A stretch of DNA of 64,000 nucleotides. Origin: the human T2T-CHM13v2.0 reference genome, Homo sapiens. Where the stretch lies: NCBI RefSeq assembly GCF_009914755.1, contig NC_060929.1, one strand, 5' to 3'. A program made the position numbers and the translations under genes. The notes under the pieces were generated by a model. That model was not told the origin of the DNA, did no database searches, and was given only the letters and a program-made list of their open reading frames with translations. Shown here one piece after another: positions 1 through 15,846 of the stretch. Positions within the stretch are counted from its first letter, which is position 1, and every line of letters begins with the position of its first letter.

Positions 1-673
<673 letters not shown>

Positions 674-2134
674 GAGTGATGTCTAACTATCCAGCAATAT
701 CCATTGCCTGTTTTTCCCAAATATATAGTTTCCCAATTTTTAGCTAGCCTGTTCATTTACACACTTTATTTCCTTGTTTTTATAGTATTTAACTATAGAT
801 TCAAGACCAAGTGTCAGAAAACAGGATGTGAGAGGATGTGATGAGAAATTTCCCGATTATTTCCCTAAACACAAAGTTGTTGAACCTAGCATTCCTTTTC
901 TTCACATTTTACAGTCTAGAATAGGAACATATCTCTGAAACTTGCTTAAATGCTGCAGATACAGAAAATCCTTTGAAAAACATTCAGGAAAAGTGATGAA
1001 AGGAAGCAAGTTCCCTTTGAAAGGGACTGAAACAGAGCCAAATGAACTATATTCCTGTCTTACTTTAACCAGCATTTCCTTGTTTGCCAATTGGTCTTTG
1101 TTGTTTGTTTCTGAATCTATTTAATGTAGTATTATAGAATATAAAAAATATTAAAAGTAGTTCTTATAAGCCTTGGGCTAGAATTGGCAAAATTATAAAA
1201 ATGATTATGAGAGTGGTAACAATATTAGACTCCTCTCTTACAAGGTCTTTCTGGATGCGAGTGGAGACCAATTAAGTAGGATACCCTCTAAGGAAGTTAG
1301 TTTGCTAATGCAGGCAACACAGCTTTAAAGCTTATGTAAATAAGTGGTGCAGCTATAATTCACTTAAAAAAGGAATGGTGGAAGATAAGCTAGTTTGTAA
1401 GGGAAAAACATTAAGATTGTAAGGTCTGTGGGAAATCTGAGTAATCCAAAAATGCCATGGAAATACAAATGTAGTGTCTACAGTGTCTATATTGAACATT
1501 TGCATATTATGAAATGTTAATTATAATTGAAATCCTGAAAGCAAATAAGACCACACAGCACAATGATAACATGAAAAGTGAATAGACAGCAAATTCAGAA
1601 AAGAAAGAATATCAGTATTTGTGGTTCACATAAATGAAAAAGAGATGACAAAAAAATTCTGAGTAAGAGCATCCACTAAGTAAAAGGAAAATCAGAATAA
1701 AGTAAAATAAAATAAATGCTTCAGGAAGGATAATGTAGCCTATAATTTCAAATGCTGCTTAATAGTCAATGTACCATCTAAGGGTTTTCTGAAGTCAGCA
1801 CAATAGAGATTATTGATGACTTAAGAGGGTGATGTCAATGGGGAAGTAAGGTTGAATGTCAAATTATTGTGGGTTGAGAAACAAAAGGAAGAAAAATTAT
1901 TTAAGATTCCTGACCAAATAAAAATATACTACTCAGCTTCGTGCTGACATGCAAATCTAGACAATAAATGACAAAGAAGGGGCACAAAGAGAAAATTGAG
2001 TGTTCATTAACACCACTAGATTGCTTAAGGCTATTCTCTCATTCAAATGAATCTGCAGCTTCTTGTTAATGTACTATCATGAAATTCTAATATTTGATGC
2101 ATTTCAGATAAAATACTGTTGTAAGATCATATAC

Positions 2135-2438
2135 TTTTTTTTTTTGAGACAAGATCTCCCTCTGTTACCCAGGCTAAAGTGCAGAGACGTAATTGTGTAT
2201 CACTGCAACCTTCACATCCTGGGCTCAAGTGATCCTCCCACCTCAGCCTCCCAAGTAGCAGAGACTACAGGTACCTATCACGACTCTCAGCTGATTTTAT
2301 TTTTGTATTTTTTTTTTTTTTGGAGAGACAAGGTTTTGGCATGTTGTCCAGGCTAGTCTTGAACTCCTAGACTCAAGTAGTCCACTGCCTCAGCCTCCCA
2401 AAGTGCTGGGATTACGGGCATTAGCCACATGCCCATCC
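2135..2438 (-). mobile_element. AluJ element
   Basis: Diverged antisense dimer with J-type CCTGGGCTCAAGTGATCCTCCCACC; degenerate TSD beginning AAGATC. Confidence 0.9.
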
Positions 2439-2957
2439 AAGATCCACATTCTTGAAGCCAAGGATTAACATACTACTTTCTTGTCCAAACCCTTCAGTGC
2501 TTTCTCATTGACTTTGTAACAAAATAAAATGCAGAATGGCAATCAGAGGATTAAAAAATATCTTTTAACCCATATAATTAAATAATTTTATTTACAAACA
2601 TTTTTACTTATTTGTCCAAAGGTTATATTAGACAAATCAGTGCACATGCTTTTTAAGGTATTCTTCTGGAATTTTCTGTTTATAGGATGGCCCTTGATTG
2701 AACACTATCCACTAATTCCCATGAACTTTATATTGCCAAATCATTACTTTTAATTCCACATTCCTGTAATTATTGAATTAATCTTCAACTACATTTGAGA
2801 GATAACGTAAAAATATGTTTTATATATATGACTGTTTGCATTTGTAGATTAGAAGAGTAGCAAATGACCAATATAAAGCCACATACCTATTAAGAAAAGT
2901 TACTGGGAACATCTAAGAAGCATTGAATAGCTGTAACAATTCAAGAAACACTCCTCT

Positions 2958-3560
2958 TGAGAGAGGAAGCAGTTAGAGGATTGTTAGGCAGATAGAGAGG
3001 GAGCATCTCTGGAGGTGACAAATATGTGTGAGACCACACCTGCACCACTCCTGTAGCTAATGGAAAGAAGTGTGGTCCAGAACTTCCCCTTATGCCAGGA
3101 AGTTGCTCAGAAAAGACTGTCTGAACTTAGGTGCAGACACAATAAATCAACCTGAATGTTCTTAACTTGATGCAATTCATTATAATGTCATTAAAATGAC
3201 ATTGGCATTGTGGTTTTAGCCCCCTTCAGGTTTCAGTTAGGCACTCATGGGTGATAACCAAGATGGAGTCACTGGCCAACCCCAGACATGCGCAGATGCA
3301 ACACTCTTAGTTGGGAAATTTACCTCTCCCATATTGTGCAGAACCCACAGAAGACTTCCTTGCTCTTGCCATATAAAAGACCCAGAACTCAGCACCATTT
3401 ATGGCAACCTGCTTCCAGGTCCCCTCTCTTTGTTGAGAGCTTTCCTTTTGCTTAATAAATCCTACTCTACTCACTTTCTCGTGGCTGCATGCCTTATTCT
3501 TCTCGGTCATGGGACAAGAACTTGGACTTAGCTGAACAAGGGACTAAACATACTGCAACA
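2958..3560 (+). mobile_element. ERV1-class solo LTR (subfamily uncertain)
   Basis: TG...CA termini, TATAAAA at 3372-3378, AATAAA at 3454-3459, typical U5-like end, GC-richer than flanks. Confidence 0.7.
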
Positions 3561-4089
3561 CTTCAAAGCATAGATTAATGCCAATTTCTCTTAGAAGAGT
3601 TTTTGCCCAATCACTTCAACTCTGTTTAATTTTCCTTCTTCTCCTTCCACTCATCATTTTATCCCCTTATTTGTATGACTTTGCCTTATTAAACATTTGC
3701 ACATCTGTCTACTCCCCCTATTATTAAAGCAGTCATTGAGAACTCATCTGATATGTTTCTCTTACACAGAACTTCTCGAATGCAGTGTTCACTGAAGAGG
3801 CTTAACTATTTTTAATAAAATAAATGTATAACTTCTGTGTGATTTAATAAGTTTCTAAAAATTTATTATGGGAAATTCAACAATTGACTTTAAATACAAT
3901 ACTTAATCCAGTCTAGTAATACAACAAATGATTATTGATGTGCATATAATAAATTATATTTTAACAATAATAAGGTGTGTCAATAACAGAACTACTAATA
4001 TGTTATTTATTTGTATATGCTGATTTTATTTATATTCCGTATTTCTTAGGCCAACTTAGAAACTAAGCTGGGCAAAAGCAATTTTTAGA

Positions 4090-4420
4090 TCTTTATTTAC
4101 ATTAGGGTTCACTCAGTATATATTCTGTGAGTTTTGAGAAATATGTAACTACGTGTATCCACAGTTATAGTATCATATAGAGAGATTTTACTGTACAAAA
4201 TCCTCTGTGCTCTGACAATTCATACCTCCCTTACTCCAAGCCCTGGCAATTACTGATCTTTTCACTCTCTCCATAGTTCTGCCTTTTCCACAATGTCCCA
4301 CAGTTGGAATGCAGTATGCAGCTTTTTTGATTGGCTATTTTTTACTTAGTAATATTCATTTAAATTTTCTCCATTCTCTACTTCTTAGAGGTGAATACTT
4401 TTTCATTCTAGATGTGCCAG
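4090..4420 (-). mobile_element. Old L1 (L1MC-like) 3' end
   Basis: CCCTGGCAATTACTGATCTTTT...GCCTTTTCCACAATGTC resembles antisense L1MC 3' UTR. Confidence 0.7.
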
Positions 4421-5311
4421 AAATTAATTTTTAAGAAACAGTATATAGATATTGCCATTAATATATAATTTAATTTAGAATTTGTTTAAAATTTTAATTT
4501 GAAACTTAAATTTTGTATGGCATATTTATGTAATGATATTTGCTTAAAATTGTGAACAAAGGATAAGATTCAAATAAACTTGGAAAAATACATTTTGTTT
4601 TGTCTCATTTTTAGTATGAAGAAAATAGACCAAGCCTGAGAGATCTTTTCATATTTCATTCAACTAGAACAGGAAACCTCTGTAACACTACAATTAATTT
4701 TGCCAAATTTATTTTGTCTCTCCTGCTCATTTTATTTCTAAAGAATCAGAAAAAAACAGGTATATTTTAATATTTAACATTTTATAAATGTTGAAGTACT
4801 GATCTATCTTTAACTTTCTACTTAGTTTAAATGAAAAAGAACAATGTTGAAAAGATTATTTGGAAGTCAGATAACTATGATAAAAGACTTATGTGTGTTT
4901 TAACTATGATTTATTCTAATAGCTTAAAGCTTAACTTTAAGTGATACAAATTGGTATTTAATTAAGTGGTTTATTTTTTTCCTTTTTAAGAAATGTCATC
5001 ATTAAATAACATGTGAAATGATTTACATTAGGTAATCAGTGGCATCAATACCACTGCTGATTTTTATTTTATTGAGGAAGCTAGGAAAATATCAGTTAAT
5101 AAAAGTCATAAGGCACTGTTAACTATAATAATATGATTGTTTTACACCATGATTCAAATTCCACCATTTTAAAGGTCATATTTATATTAGAAGTCTGTGT
5201 ACTTAAGAGGAATATATTTCAAACAGCACATTAAGTCAAAATTGAGGTGAAAATAATAAAAATATGAAATATGACTATAGCTATTCTGCTTTTATTGTGG
5301 CATACATATAT

Positions 5312-5329
5312 TATATATATATATATATA
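5312..5329. repeat. (TA)n microsatellite
   Basis: Direct reading. Confidence 0.9.
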
Positions 5330-6187
5330 CATGCCCACAGAGAGACAGAGAGGAATAGAGTTTTTGAAGTAATGTGATGATTTATTTGTGTTGATAATCT
5401 TTTTGTATGATAAACTTATATTTGCATATGTACAAAAATAAATCCATGCACTATGATTTACTAGAAAATTAGATTTTGTGTGGCATAAGTATGTAATGAC
5501 TTTCTCCAGTTCCTAGAAAAGAGAGTTAATGCCATAACGCCAAAAAAATTTGTTGAGATAATTTCATAAAATATTAACCTTTTTTGTTCTCTGTTTATTT
5601 ACTATGAACAAAGAGTGTGAGATGTATTAACTTCCCCTCTCAAAAATGCGGTCAAGCTTTTGAGTTCTGAGATAAGGATTACTGTAAAGGGAAGGTATTG
5701 AAATGAGGATTAAGAGGTAGCTGGGTTTTAGTGACAACCTGAAGAAGAAGCACTGTTGCCTAATGTTGAATCAAGGCAAAGATTTTTCAAGGGTTTGGAG
5801 GAGATACGGTTGCACAATCCAAGAAAGAACCATTGAAGTTGAGTAAATTAAAAATACGAAGGGTTTGGTGGAAGGACAATAGTAAGAGATTGCAATCTGT
5901 TTTGAGAGTTTAAGGAGAGAGTCATCAGCAAGACTGTGGAATAAGGGGTCCCCAGCTCTAGGTGTGCCACAGAAATACAAATTTAATAATTATTCACAGA
6001 CAATAATGACTTTGTGATAATTCTGAACTCTAAGGGGGAGTTACAGCACCCTAACAGAGTATAAACACACACAAATATTAAAAAGAGTAAAAATAAAATT
6101 CCACTTTGTCCACATCACCTCTCTCCTAAGCCTGCACAGTGCAATGTTGAGAAGAATACCCTCAGTCTGCAGTTTCTCCAGTGGGGG

Positions 6188-6547
6188 AATATGGTTTGGC
6201 TGTATCCCCACCCAAATCTCATCTTGAATTGCAACTCCCACAATTCCCATGTGTTGTGGGAGGAACCCAGTAAGAGGTGATTGAATTATTGGGGCAGGTC
6301 TTTCCTGCACTGTTCTTGTGATAGTGAATGAGTCTCATGTGATCTGATGATTTAAAAAATGGGAGTTTCCCTGCACAAGCTCTCTTTTTGCCTGCCACCA
6401 TCCATTTAAGACATAACTTGCTCCCCCTTGTCTTCCACCATGATTGTGAGGCCTCCCAAGCCATGTGGAACTACAAGTCCATTAAACCTCTTTTTCTTCC
6501 CAGTCTCGGGTATGTCTTTATCAGTGTTGTGAAAACAGACTAACACA
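6188..6547 (+). mobile_element. THE1 (MaLR) solo LTR
   Basis: ATATGGTTTGGCTGTATCCCCACCCAAATCTC...GACTAACACA; 5-bp TSD GGGGG at 6183-6187 and 6548-6552. Confidence 0.93.
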
Positions 6548-8033
6548 GGGGGAAAGACTGACATAAACCTCCACCTTCCCCAGTGATTTGGGTCTTTGTC
6601 CTAGAGGACTGCTTTGGTCTTGCCTCATTCCTTATACTGGGGCAGAGTTGGTGGGGGGCGGGGGTGGGACAGCTAGGTCCATAAAAAGGGGTGGGGTTTT
6701 TTAGCAGTCAATATGCATGGACCTTGATGGTAACTCCAGACCCCACCAGGAACCTTGCCCAGCCACAGCTCTCACCAGCTGCCGTCTGACTATGTCCCTA
6801 CCAGCAAGTCATGTCCTACACAGAACCAAGCCAAGTGACCCTGCCAGACCATAAACCTCTCACAACAGCGGTCTCTCCCAACTTTAGCCTTAGCCAGAAG
6901 CCTCAGGAACCTACAAAGCACTGGCATTGGACCCTGCCTGACCAATCCTGCTGACTTCAGCAGCAAGCCTCGCCCACTCAGGGACTCTGCCAATTGGCCC
7001 TCTCAGAATCCCAGACAGGGCTAAGTGATGACGGTTTTTCCCTGCTGGAGCCAGCCTGTAAAAACTGGAAAAAGTGGACAGTTTCTCAAATATGCCGACA
7101 CATATGAAAAAGTACAAGGACTATAACGTCAAGAATATATGACACTACCTAAGGAAAGTAATAAAGCTCCAATACTAACCCTAAAGAAATGGAAATCTAC
7201 ATATTGTCTGAAAAGCAGTTTTTAAACCATCTTAAAGAAGTTCAGTGAACTAGAAGAGAACACAGATAGACAACTAAACCAAAATCAGGAAAGCAATACA
7301 TGAAGAAAATGAGAATTTCAACAAAGATATTGAAAACCATAAAAAATTACAGCTAGAGAATACAATGACTGAATTAAAAATTTAATAGAGAGCTTTAAGA
7401 ACAGAGTTAATCAGACAAAATAAATAATTAGTGAACCTGAAGAGAAGTCATCTGAAATTTTCCAGTTAGAGGAACAAAAATTTAAAAACTAATGAAAAAA
7501 GTAAATATTTATGGGACACCATTAAGTGAAATGATATATGCATTATGAAATTCTCAGAAGGATAAGAGAATGAGAAATGGGAAGAAAGCATACTTAACTG
7601 AACAATAATTGAAAACTTTCCAAATCTGAGGAGGAAAATGGGCATCTAGATTCAAGGAGCCCAGAAGTTACGTCTGCACAGACACATCGTAATTCAGTTA
7701 TGAAAAGTTTTGAAAGCAGCAAAAGGAAAGTGACTCATTAACTCACAGAGGATCTGTATAAAACTATCAGTGAATTTCTTTGCAGAATGTTTGTAATCCA
7801 GGAGAAACTTAGATGACATATTCAAATATTAAAATTAAAAAATGGTCCCAAGAATACTATATATACCACAACAATCCTTTATCATTGAAAGAGATAAAGA
7901 CTGCCAGATGAACAAAAACAGGAAGTTTCTTACCACTAGACTTACCCTACAAGAAGTGCTACAGGGAATTCTTCAAGTTAAAATGAGTAGATGTTAAACA
8001 GCAAAATAAAAGCATACAAAAATACAAATCTCA

Positions 8034-8376
<343 letters not shown>

Positions 8377-10094
8377 TTATGATGCCACAAAAATTACTTT
8401 TAACATTAGCATGAAATTTGAAAGATGAAATTATTATAAATTACTATAACCACAAGAATTAGCTAATGGATACACAATATAAAACGCAGTAAACTCTGAC
8501 ATCAATAGCACAAAGAGTAACAAGGGGGAGAGTAAAAAACATAGAGCTTTCATGTGCAATTGAAGTTAAGTTATCAACTGCTTAAAATAGATTGTTATAA
8601 CTCTAAGGGGTTCAATGCAAGCCTCATGCAAATAAATTATGGTAAACACACAAAGCACAGAAAGAAAGAAGAGATTGGTTATACTGCTAGACTGCACTAT
8701 TTGCTATGGCCAAGAAAAAAAAAATACATAGCATTGAATAGACTCAGCCACTCATCTTCCAGCATATCCCTCAAATGTCAGCATGGAAATCTCAGTCATC
8801 ATCACAGTGGAAGAAAAAATATAGTTCTCATTTCTGGAATTTTCTTGTGCAATTCTAAAAGAGGAAATTGACCTCTAAATGTGATCAGGTAGAATGCTGT
8901 AACTCTGATTAATCCTCTGGATTGGAAGACCAACCAAATACGTCTAAATTATTAAATTAAATAAATATTTTAACATGTAAGCAAATAATTAAATAGAAGC
9001 CTTTTCTGTACTCATTTCAAGAATAACCCTTATTCCTTATAACTTCCAATTGGACTATTTTTAAAGGGCACAATAAATCATATTCCCAAACCACAATAAA
9101 CTTGTTTGTATTATTTGATTTCAACATTCCTAGAGGCCTAGTTCCTAAAAAATTGCAAAGAAAATGTCTTGCTTATAGTTTATCAGAAATATTTGAAGAC
9201 TGTTGTGCAATGGAAACATAGAGTTCTTCTACTGTAGAACATTTTGTATTTGTAGCTACTAACCAGAATGCCAAGATTTATAGTGTATCAGGGCCGTTAA
9301 TTAGAAAGTAGGGGATGATGGACTATTCACAGTCAATTTTAATCAGAGTTTAGATGTCTATGGTTTTTAAATGATTTCTGTTGTTTTGTAGATCTCATTT
9401 CACAGAGTTGCAAACAAAAAAACAAACAAAAATTGTTCTGATTCTGATCTGAAACATGCTGCATAATAATATTCACAGCCTCCTTTTTGGGAAAAGTTTG
9501 CATTCCTGATAAAGTGCATAAGAAACTTTCTGATAAATTTAATAGGATAAAGAACACTTCTGGAGAAGTGGTGATCCACAAACCCATATTATGTCAATCA
9601 CATATCTTATTATTTTATTCAAACACATATTCCCATGTTTCTAACCTAATAGTTATCTAAAGTTTCTCTTTTGTATAATTCTGATGAAGAAGAACTCTTA
9701 TAATTGACCTATAGAATCCTCTTTTTGGCAACATGTTTGAATGAAACTTGCTCTTTTCTATAATTATCCAAAATTTTTGTTTCTTTTGTTTTGTTTGAAA
9801 CAGGAGCAGCATTAACTAAAGCTCCAAGTGATTTTAATTAGAAATGTAACATGTAGCAAACAACAAAGAAATATTCGGAAACTTATATGCAAATAATTAC
9901 ATTTCCCACTGAGATTATTAAGTGATTTCTCTAGTCAATTTGAAAAATCTTCTGAAACACATATTTAAGAACATCATATAAGGACATATACATTTAACTT
10001 ATAAAAATGAGACATTAAAACTAACTTGGGCAATATGGTACCATGTCTTGTCTGATATTGCAGATTTATTGTTTTAAAAATATTATCAATTTTA

Positions 10095-10492
<398 letters not shown>

Positions 10493-11649
10493 TTATTTAG
10501 CACTTAGTATCTGTAAAAATTAGAAAGAAAATATCCATTCTCAGCAGAAGCTATGCATCATACGTAGTTATTGTAAAGTGGACCATAGAATAGATCTTTG
10601 GATTTTGTTGTTCTTCTCAGAAAATAACGTGGCTTTTTTCTTGATCTTTTATATATAAGTCCTATAGTTGCTATTTATTAATAAATAACAAGCAGTTTTG
10701 AATAGCTAATAACATCTTAATTTAAAAAGTAAAAAAAAACTTCTCAGATTAATAACTATCTTCGTAACTGCTGTATCAGATATTTTAACTTAGGAAAATG
10801 CTTTGATAGCTGCATTCTTCCAAAATCTATTATCATATTCTCCAATAATTTTAATTTTCTTCTCTTCATAACTTAAAAATCCTTTAAATAGACATTATAG
10901 CTTTAAGGTGTCTAAGGACAATAGCTACATATGGCCCATACTTATTTGAGTGAAAATAATTGCAGTTAATAGTTTGAAAATGACAAAATATTTTCAATGA
11001 AGCTCTTTGCTATTTAAAGATAAATAGTTTTTATTATTCTGAAAATCTTTGTGTAATCCTAATTTGTTCATAGGATGATGCTTCCTTTGTTTTTCCTTGT
11101 AGAGTGAGGATAATTAGAAAATTGCATAGTTCAACTTCGATCTTCCTTTTCCCCAAAGAGGTGTGCTACATGCTATCCACTGAGAATGCATTAGAAGAAA
11201 ACTTTCAATGTATTTTTTTTCAGATTGTTTCAGTTTTTGTTTTGTTTTTCTGTTAATTTTTTTGGGGGGGATCAGGCTTTCTTTCTTCAGGGAAATTGAC
11301 TTTCAATTGTAGGCATTCATTACAAAAAAGGGTCCTACACAAGCAGGGCTACTTAAATTCTCTTAGGCACTCAGCCAAACTTGTCACCTGTTGTTACTGT
11401 TGTTTTATATAAGGCAAAGGAGTTGTTATAAAGATAATTTCTATTTCTGAAGTTTTAATTATAACTGAAATGTTGGTAAAAAGACTTGAAGGAAGGATTT
11501 CCTCCTCTGTATCCAAAGAAAACAAAGAATTACACAGTCTATAAACATATGAGAGTAGAAAAATTGTACAATACTGATTATAATTTTTTGACTTTAATCT
11601 CATTTAGATTCAGTGCAGAATTTCAAGAGCATCAAGAAAATACACAATT

Positions 11650-11691
11650 TATATATACACAAACACACACACACACATATATATATATATA
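11650..11691. repeat. Compound (TA)n/(CA)n microsatellite
   Basis: Direct reading. Confidence 0.9.
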
Positions 11692-13255
11692 AAATATAAC
11701 ATTCACTTGCTATGAAAAACCATTTTGGTCACTATTTCATTTCTAAACTCAATGTGTATATGCAACATTAAATGTTCTTAAATGTAAGAAGGAATCAGTT
11801 TTCAAAAATATAAATGAGTACTTACTTTCCTTGGAATTAATGATAACATATCAAATGGGAAAAATGCAATTTTCTTTGTGGAATCTTTTATAAGTCTCAA
11901 TGCTGTGTGTGCTTTAAAAAGTTTATGTTAGAAAAAAAGTTAAAGATTTTTTCATAGCTTTCATAAAAATTGCTTTATAATAGTGTGACCACAGGAGATA
12001 TAAATACCATAAAGTGAGGCAAACAGTATATTTTATAAATAGAACCAGCAGCATCATACATTTATGGGATATTGTAAATCATCTGAATTTTAGTTCTCAG
12101 AAACAATGATCACTTCCATTTCAAACTCTGTATTACTCAGTAAAGTAGTTCTGTTGTATTTTAAAATATACTCCTACCCTCACACTGATCAGCTTCATTC
12201 ACTATTTTCCAGGACAGAGCTAATGCTTCCATCTACAGAAAAATTCATGGTCAAAATATTTTCATGCATGTGACATGAAAGTCATAATATTTTAATGATT
12301 GACATTATTCTGATTGATTATTTTCTAGTTAACATTTAAAACTTAAAAATGATGCTCAGAGTAAAAATTTCTTTATTAATATTCTGTAGTTTAAAATGCT
12401 TACAACTGTGTTAAAACATATACTCATTCTTTTGTAGCACTACAATTATACAATTACAAATAGTTGTTTGGCAATACTATTAAATTACAATTACTAGGGT
12501 TATAAAATTCAGAGTAACCCTTGGATGACCAAAAGCTTATGACAAATGAATTGGCTGTGTGCACCTAAAGTCTTTTGGCATATAATGGTGTGCAGTAATA
12601 CAATGTCAAGCTCTGTCACCAATGCTGAATGAGAGAAGTGGTGTCACCATTATTAGTCCCGGAAGAAACTGTCATTATGCCTCAAATTTGAAGCCTACAT
12701 AGATAATTTTATTCAAAATATAAAAATAAATTAGGATAGGTTTATATTTTGATTTGGAAGCCACAAAAGAAAATGGATAATGCTTTAAACATTGTAAAAT
12801 GTTTTTGAAATTTGTCTAATATTATTAAAGAATATATAACATTATCTCCAATGAAATAACCAGATTTTTTCTGTTTATTGATTTAATAAAACAACATTTA
12901 TGCAAATGCATTCTATTACTACTAGCTTTGACTATTTCTCATAGGTGTTTTAATTATTCTAATATTTTAAGTGCTTTTCTCATTCTAATTTTAATATTCC
13001 CATTGGCCCAAATTGTTTCACGTTTTATATAATATATTTTGTTTTTAGGAATATGGTCATAATGAACTTAAGTTTTATTGAACTTTGGCCAGAAGATACA
13101 GCATGGACAAACTTGTTTTGTTTTTGGAAAAGTGTTTAAGTATTGAGTTGCAATTTTGAATTGCATATTTTATAGATTCATTAAAATTATTTGCTCTGCC
13201 TTTATAAGATACATTAGCCACATACAATAGTAATTTATTTTCTGGATTCTTAAAA

Positions 13256-13390
13256 TAGCTCCACCATTAATTAGCTGTGTAATATTGAACAAATCACATT
13301 AATTTTTGAAATTTATTTCTCTCATGTATGTAATGGAGATAATTTTAGTACCTACATAACGGTATTCTTCTGAGGATAAAATGAATTGTG
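13256..13390 (+). mobile_element. MIR core fragment
   Basis: AGCTCCACCATTAATTAGCTGTGT...GTAATGGAGATAATTTTAGTACCTAC...GAGGATAAAATGA resembles the MIR core. Confidence 0.7.
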
Positions 13391-13760
13391 TTTATCATCA
13401 ATGAAATATTTATCAAAATGTAAAAGTACTTGCTATTTTATTTCTATCAAATTGTCTTCATAAACTTACTCCTTCTATATGTGTTTAAAGCTTTTGGAGT
13501 TACTAAGTGCTAAGAGTGATGCACCAAACTATTTCTCTGCTTTGCTTTTTCACTACTGCTACTCATACTACAACTGATAGCATCATTACCATTTCCTTTA
13601 TTTTTAATGATTTAAGGGAAGTGTCCTATGTAATGTTGAATCTACAAATACATATACATACTGGCATACATACACACACATAAACACATCTGTATTGATA
13701 GTTTCTTGATTTCTTATACACAGATAAGAAAAGTTAATTTGTATTTTCAGTAATGGTGGG

Positions 13761-14117
13761 TGCTATGATCTGAATGTATCCTCTCAGAATTCACATCTGG
13801 AAACTTAATCACCAATGTGATAGCATGGGGGTGGGATCCTTGGGGAAATTAGATCATAAGAGCGGAGGCTTTAAAGATGGGATTAGTGTTCTTATGAAAG
13901 AGGCCACAGAGAGCTACCTTGTCCTTTGCACTATGTGAGGACACGACTAAAAAGCGCAATGTCTTAACTGAAACACGGGCTCTCAGCAGACATTGAATCT
14001 GTCAGCACCTTGATCTCAACCTTCCAGCCTCCATAACTGTGAGGAATAAATTTCTGTTTTCTGTAAGCTGCCCAGTTTATAATGTTGTGTTGCAGTGGCC
14101 CAAACACACTAAGAGCA
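13761..14117 (+). mobile_element. MLT1A-type MaLR solo LTR
   Basis: TGCTATGATCTGAATGT start, TTCCAGCCTCCATAACTGTGAGGAATAAATTTCTG, ends CTAAGAGCA. Confidence 0.85.
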
Positions 14118-15792
14118 GGTTAAGTTATTCGTACAATCACCATGCTTAATAGAATAAATACTACTTTTTGAAATATATGGTATTTGAAAGAAGGTAAAGA
14201 CTTACCAGGCCAAAATTGAAGGAAAATTGAAACATAAAGGAGTAAACACATACTTGAAAGCCACATTTAACTAAGAGCTATTTGCCAATCTGGAAAAGCC
14301 AAAATTCTGTTTTGAGAGACCTGTGGGATAAAAAGAGACAAAAATGAAAACTGGGTGTCTAAATAAGTTGTATGTTTTTAATTGAAAACCTCTTCCCAAA
14401 GAAACTAACCACCAGAAGTCTTGGAAGTATAATAGCACATTACACAAAAGAAAAATTAAAAGGATTTATATAGGCAATAGAAAAAAGAATTGAGGGGTAT
14501 TTTCTCTGACACAAACAAAAATGAAGAAGATAGAAAGGACCAAATATTTGGAAATTCTAAATTACAGTGACGATGAAAAACAGTAATAAAGTATCTGTTG
14601 GGTTTTAAAATGATAGAACTTAAATCTATGGCATCGTATTTATATAAATAAATATAAAAGTTTGACTCATACAGCAGAGTCTGTAGTTGTAAAACCCCAG
14701 CTTATGCAGGAAAGTAAAGATACCAATTAGTTTTCAATTTGGTGGCTTAATGATGCATGCCCTAGGAAAACGGAAATAATATGTGTGGTAAGTACAAAAC
14801 TGAAGAAGAGGAAACTCCAAAAATTAAAAAAAATAGTTAATTTAAAAGAAAGCAGAAAAAATAAAAATATCAGGCAAGGCAAAGCAAAAAAAGTCAGTAG
14901 TTTGAAAATTACAAAATATCATTAAATGTGTTCACAGAAATATATTGAAATATACAGGTTTTTAAAAATGAGTATCAGACAGAATTTTAAAAATCGAACA
15001 GACTTCTGGCCTCCAGCTCTGATATTTTAAGAGCTTTGAAGCCATCACTCTGATGAAAATCGGGCTGAACAAACTTAAAAGAAAGCTGAACAATGAAAAT
15101 CAGCAACTTTTCTAGGATCCGTCAGAAAATTGAGGTCACCAGGAAAGCAGTCACCATGATATCTAAAAACAAGTAAATCCGGGCATCTCTGCCAAGGAAA
15201 GCTTACTTGGAGCAAAAGAACAAGAGCTATAAACTTATAGGAACACTTAAATGGTTACTTTGAGCAGTTGCTGGAAGCTGAGGGTAGACTAGCTGAGAGT
15301 GAGTAACTTCCAGGGGTCTGAATCTTAGGGAGTGCCTCATATTTTTATGGGTCTTATCTCAGGCACTCCACCAGATTCTGCAAGTAAAGAGCTGATAAAG
15401 ATGTGTTCTTTATTCCAGCATGGGGAGGAGAAATATAAGAAGTAAAATCATTCAAAATATATTCTCATACTGTAATAGAATTCACGGAAATCAGTAACAG
15501 GAAGATAGTTGAAAATACTCAAATATTTGGAGACTAAACAATAAATATACTTCCAAATAACATCTGTGTCAAAGAAAAAACATGAAGAGAAACTAAAAAA
15601 ATAAAATTGAACTAAATAGAATTGAAAACACTATTTATCTAAAAGTGTGGAATGGGATGAAAACAGTACCTAGAGGGAAATATATAGTATCCCATGTGTC
15701 TGTTAGAAAAAATATCTAAAATTTAATAATCTAGGCTTCCACATTAGGAAATGAGAGAAAGAAGTTCAATTAAAACCAAAAGCAAGAAAGAG

Positions 15793-15846
15793 AAAAGCAA
15801 CACAATTAGAGCAGAACCAAAAAGCAACACGATTAGAGCAGAACCA
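15793..15846. repeat. 27-bp tandem duplication
   Basis: AAAAGCAACAC(A/G)ATTAGAGCAGAACCA x2, one mismatch. Confidence 0.95.

Noticed and set aside
3184-3203. 9-bp inverted repeat AATGTCATT-AA-AATGACATT
   Set aside because: Short, inside an LTR and probably inherited or chance.
6452-6464. PRDM9 hotspot motif in THE1
   Set aside because: CCTCCCAAGCCAT mismatches CCNCCNTNNCCNC at positions 7 and 13.
11085-11215. Possible exon after TTTTTCCTTGTAG
   Set aside because: No convincing donor, reading frame or partner exon; cannot be supported without transcript data.
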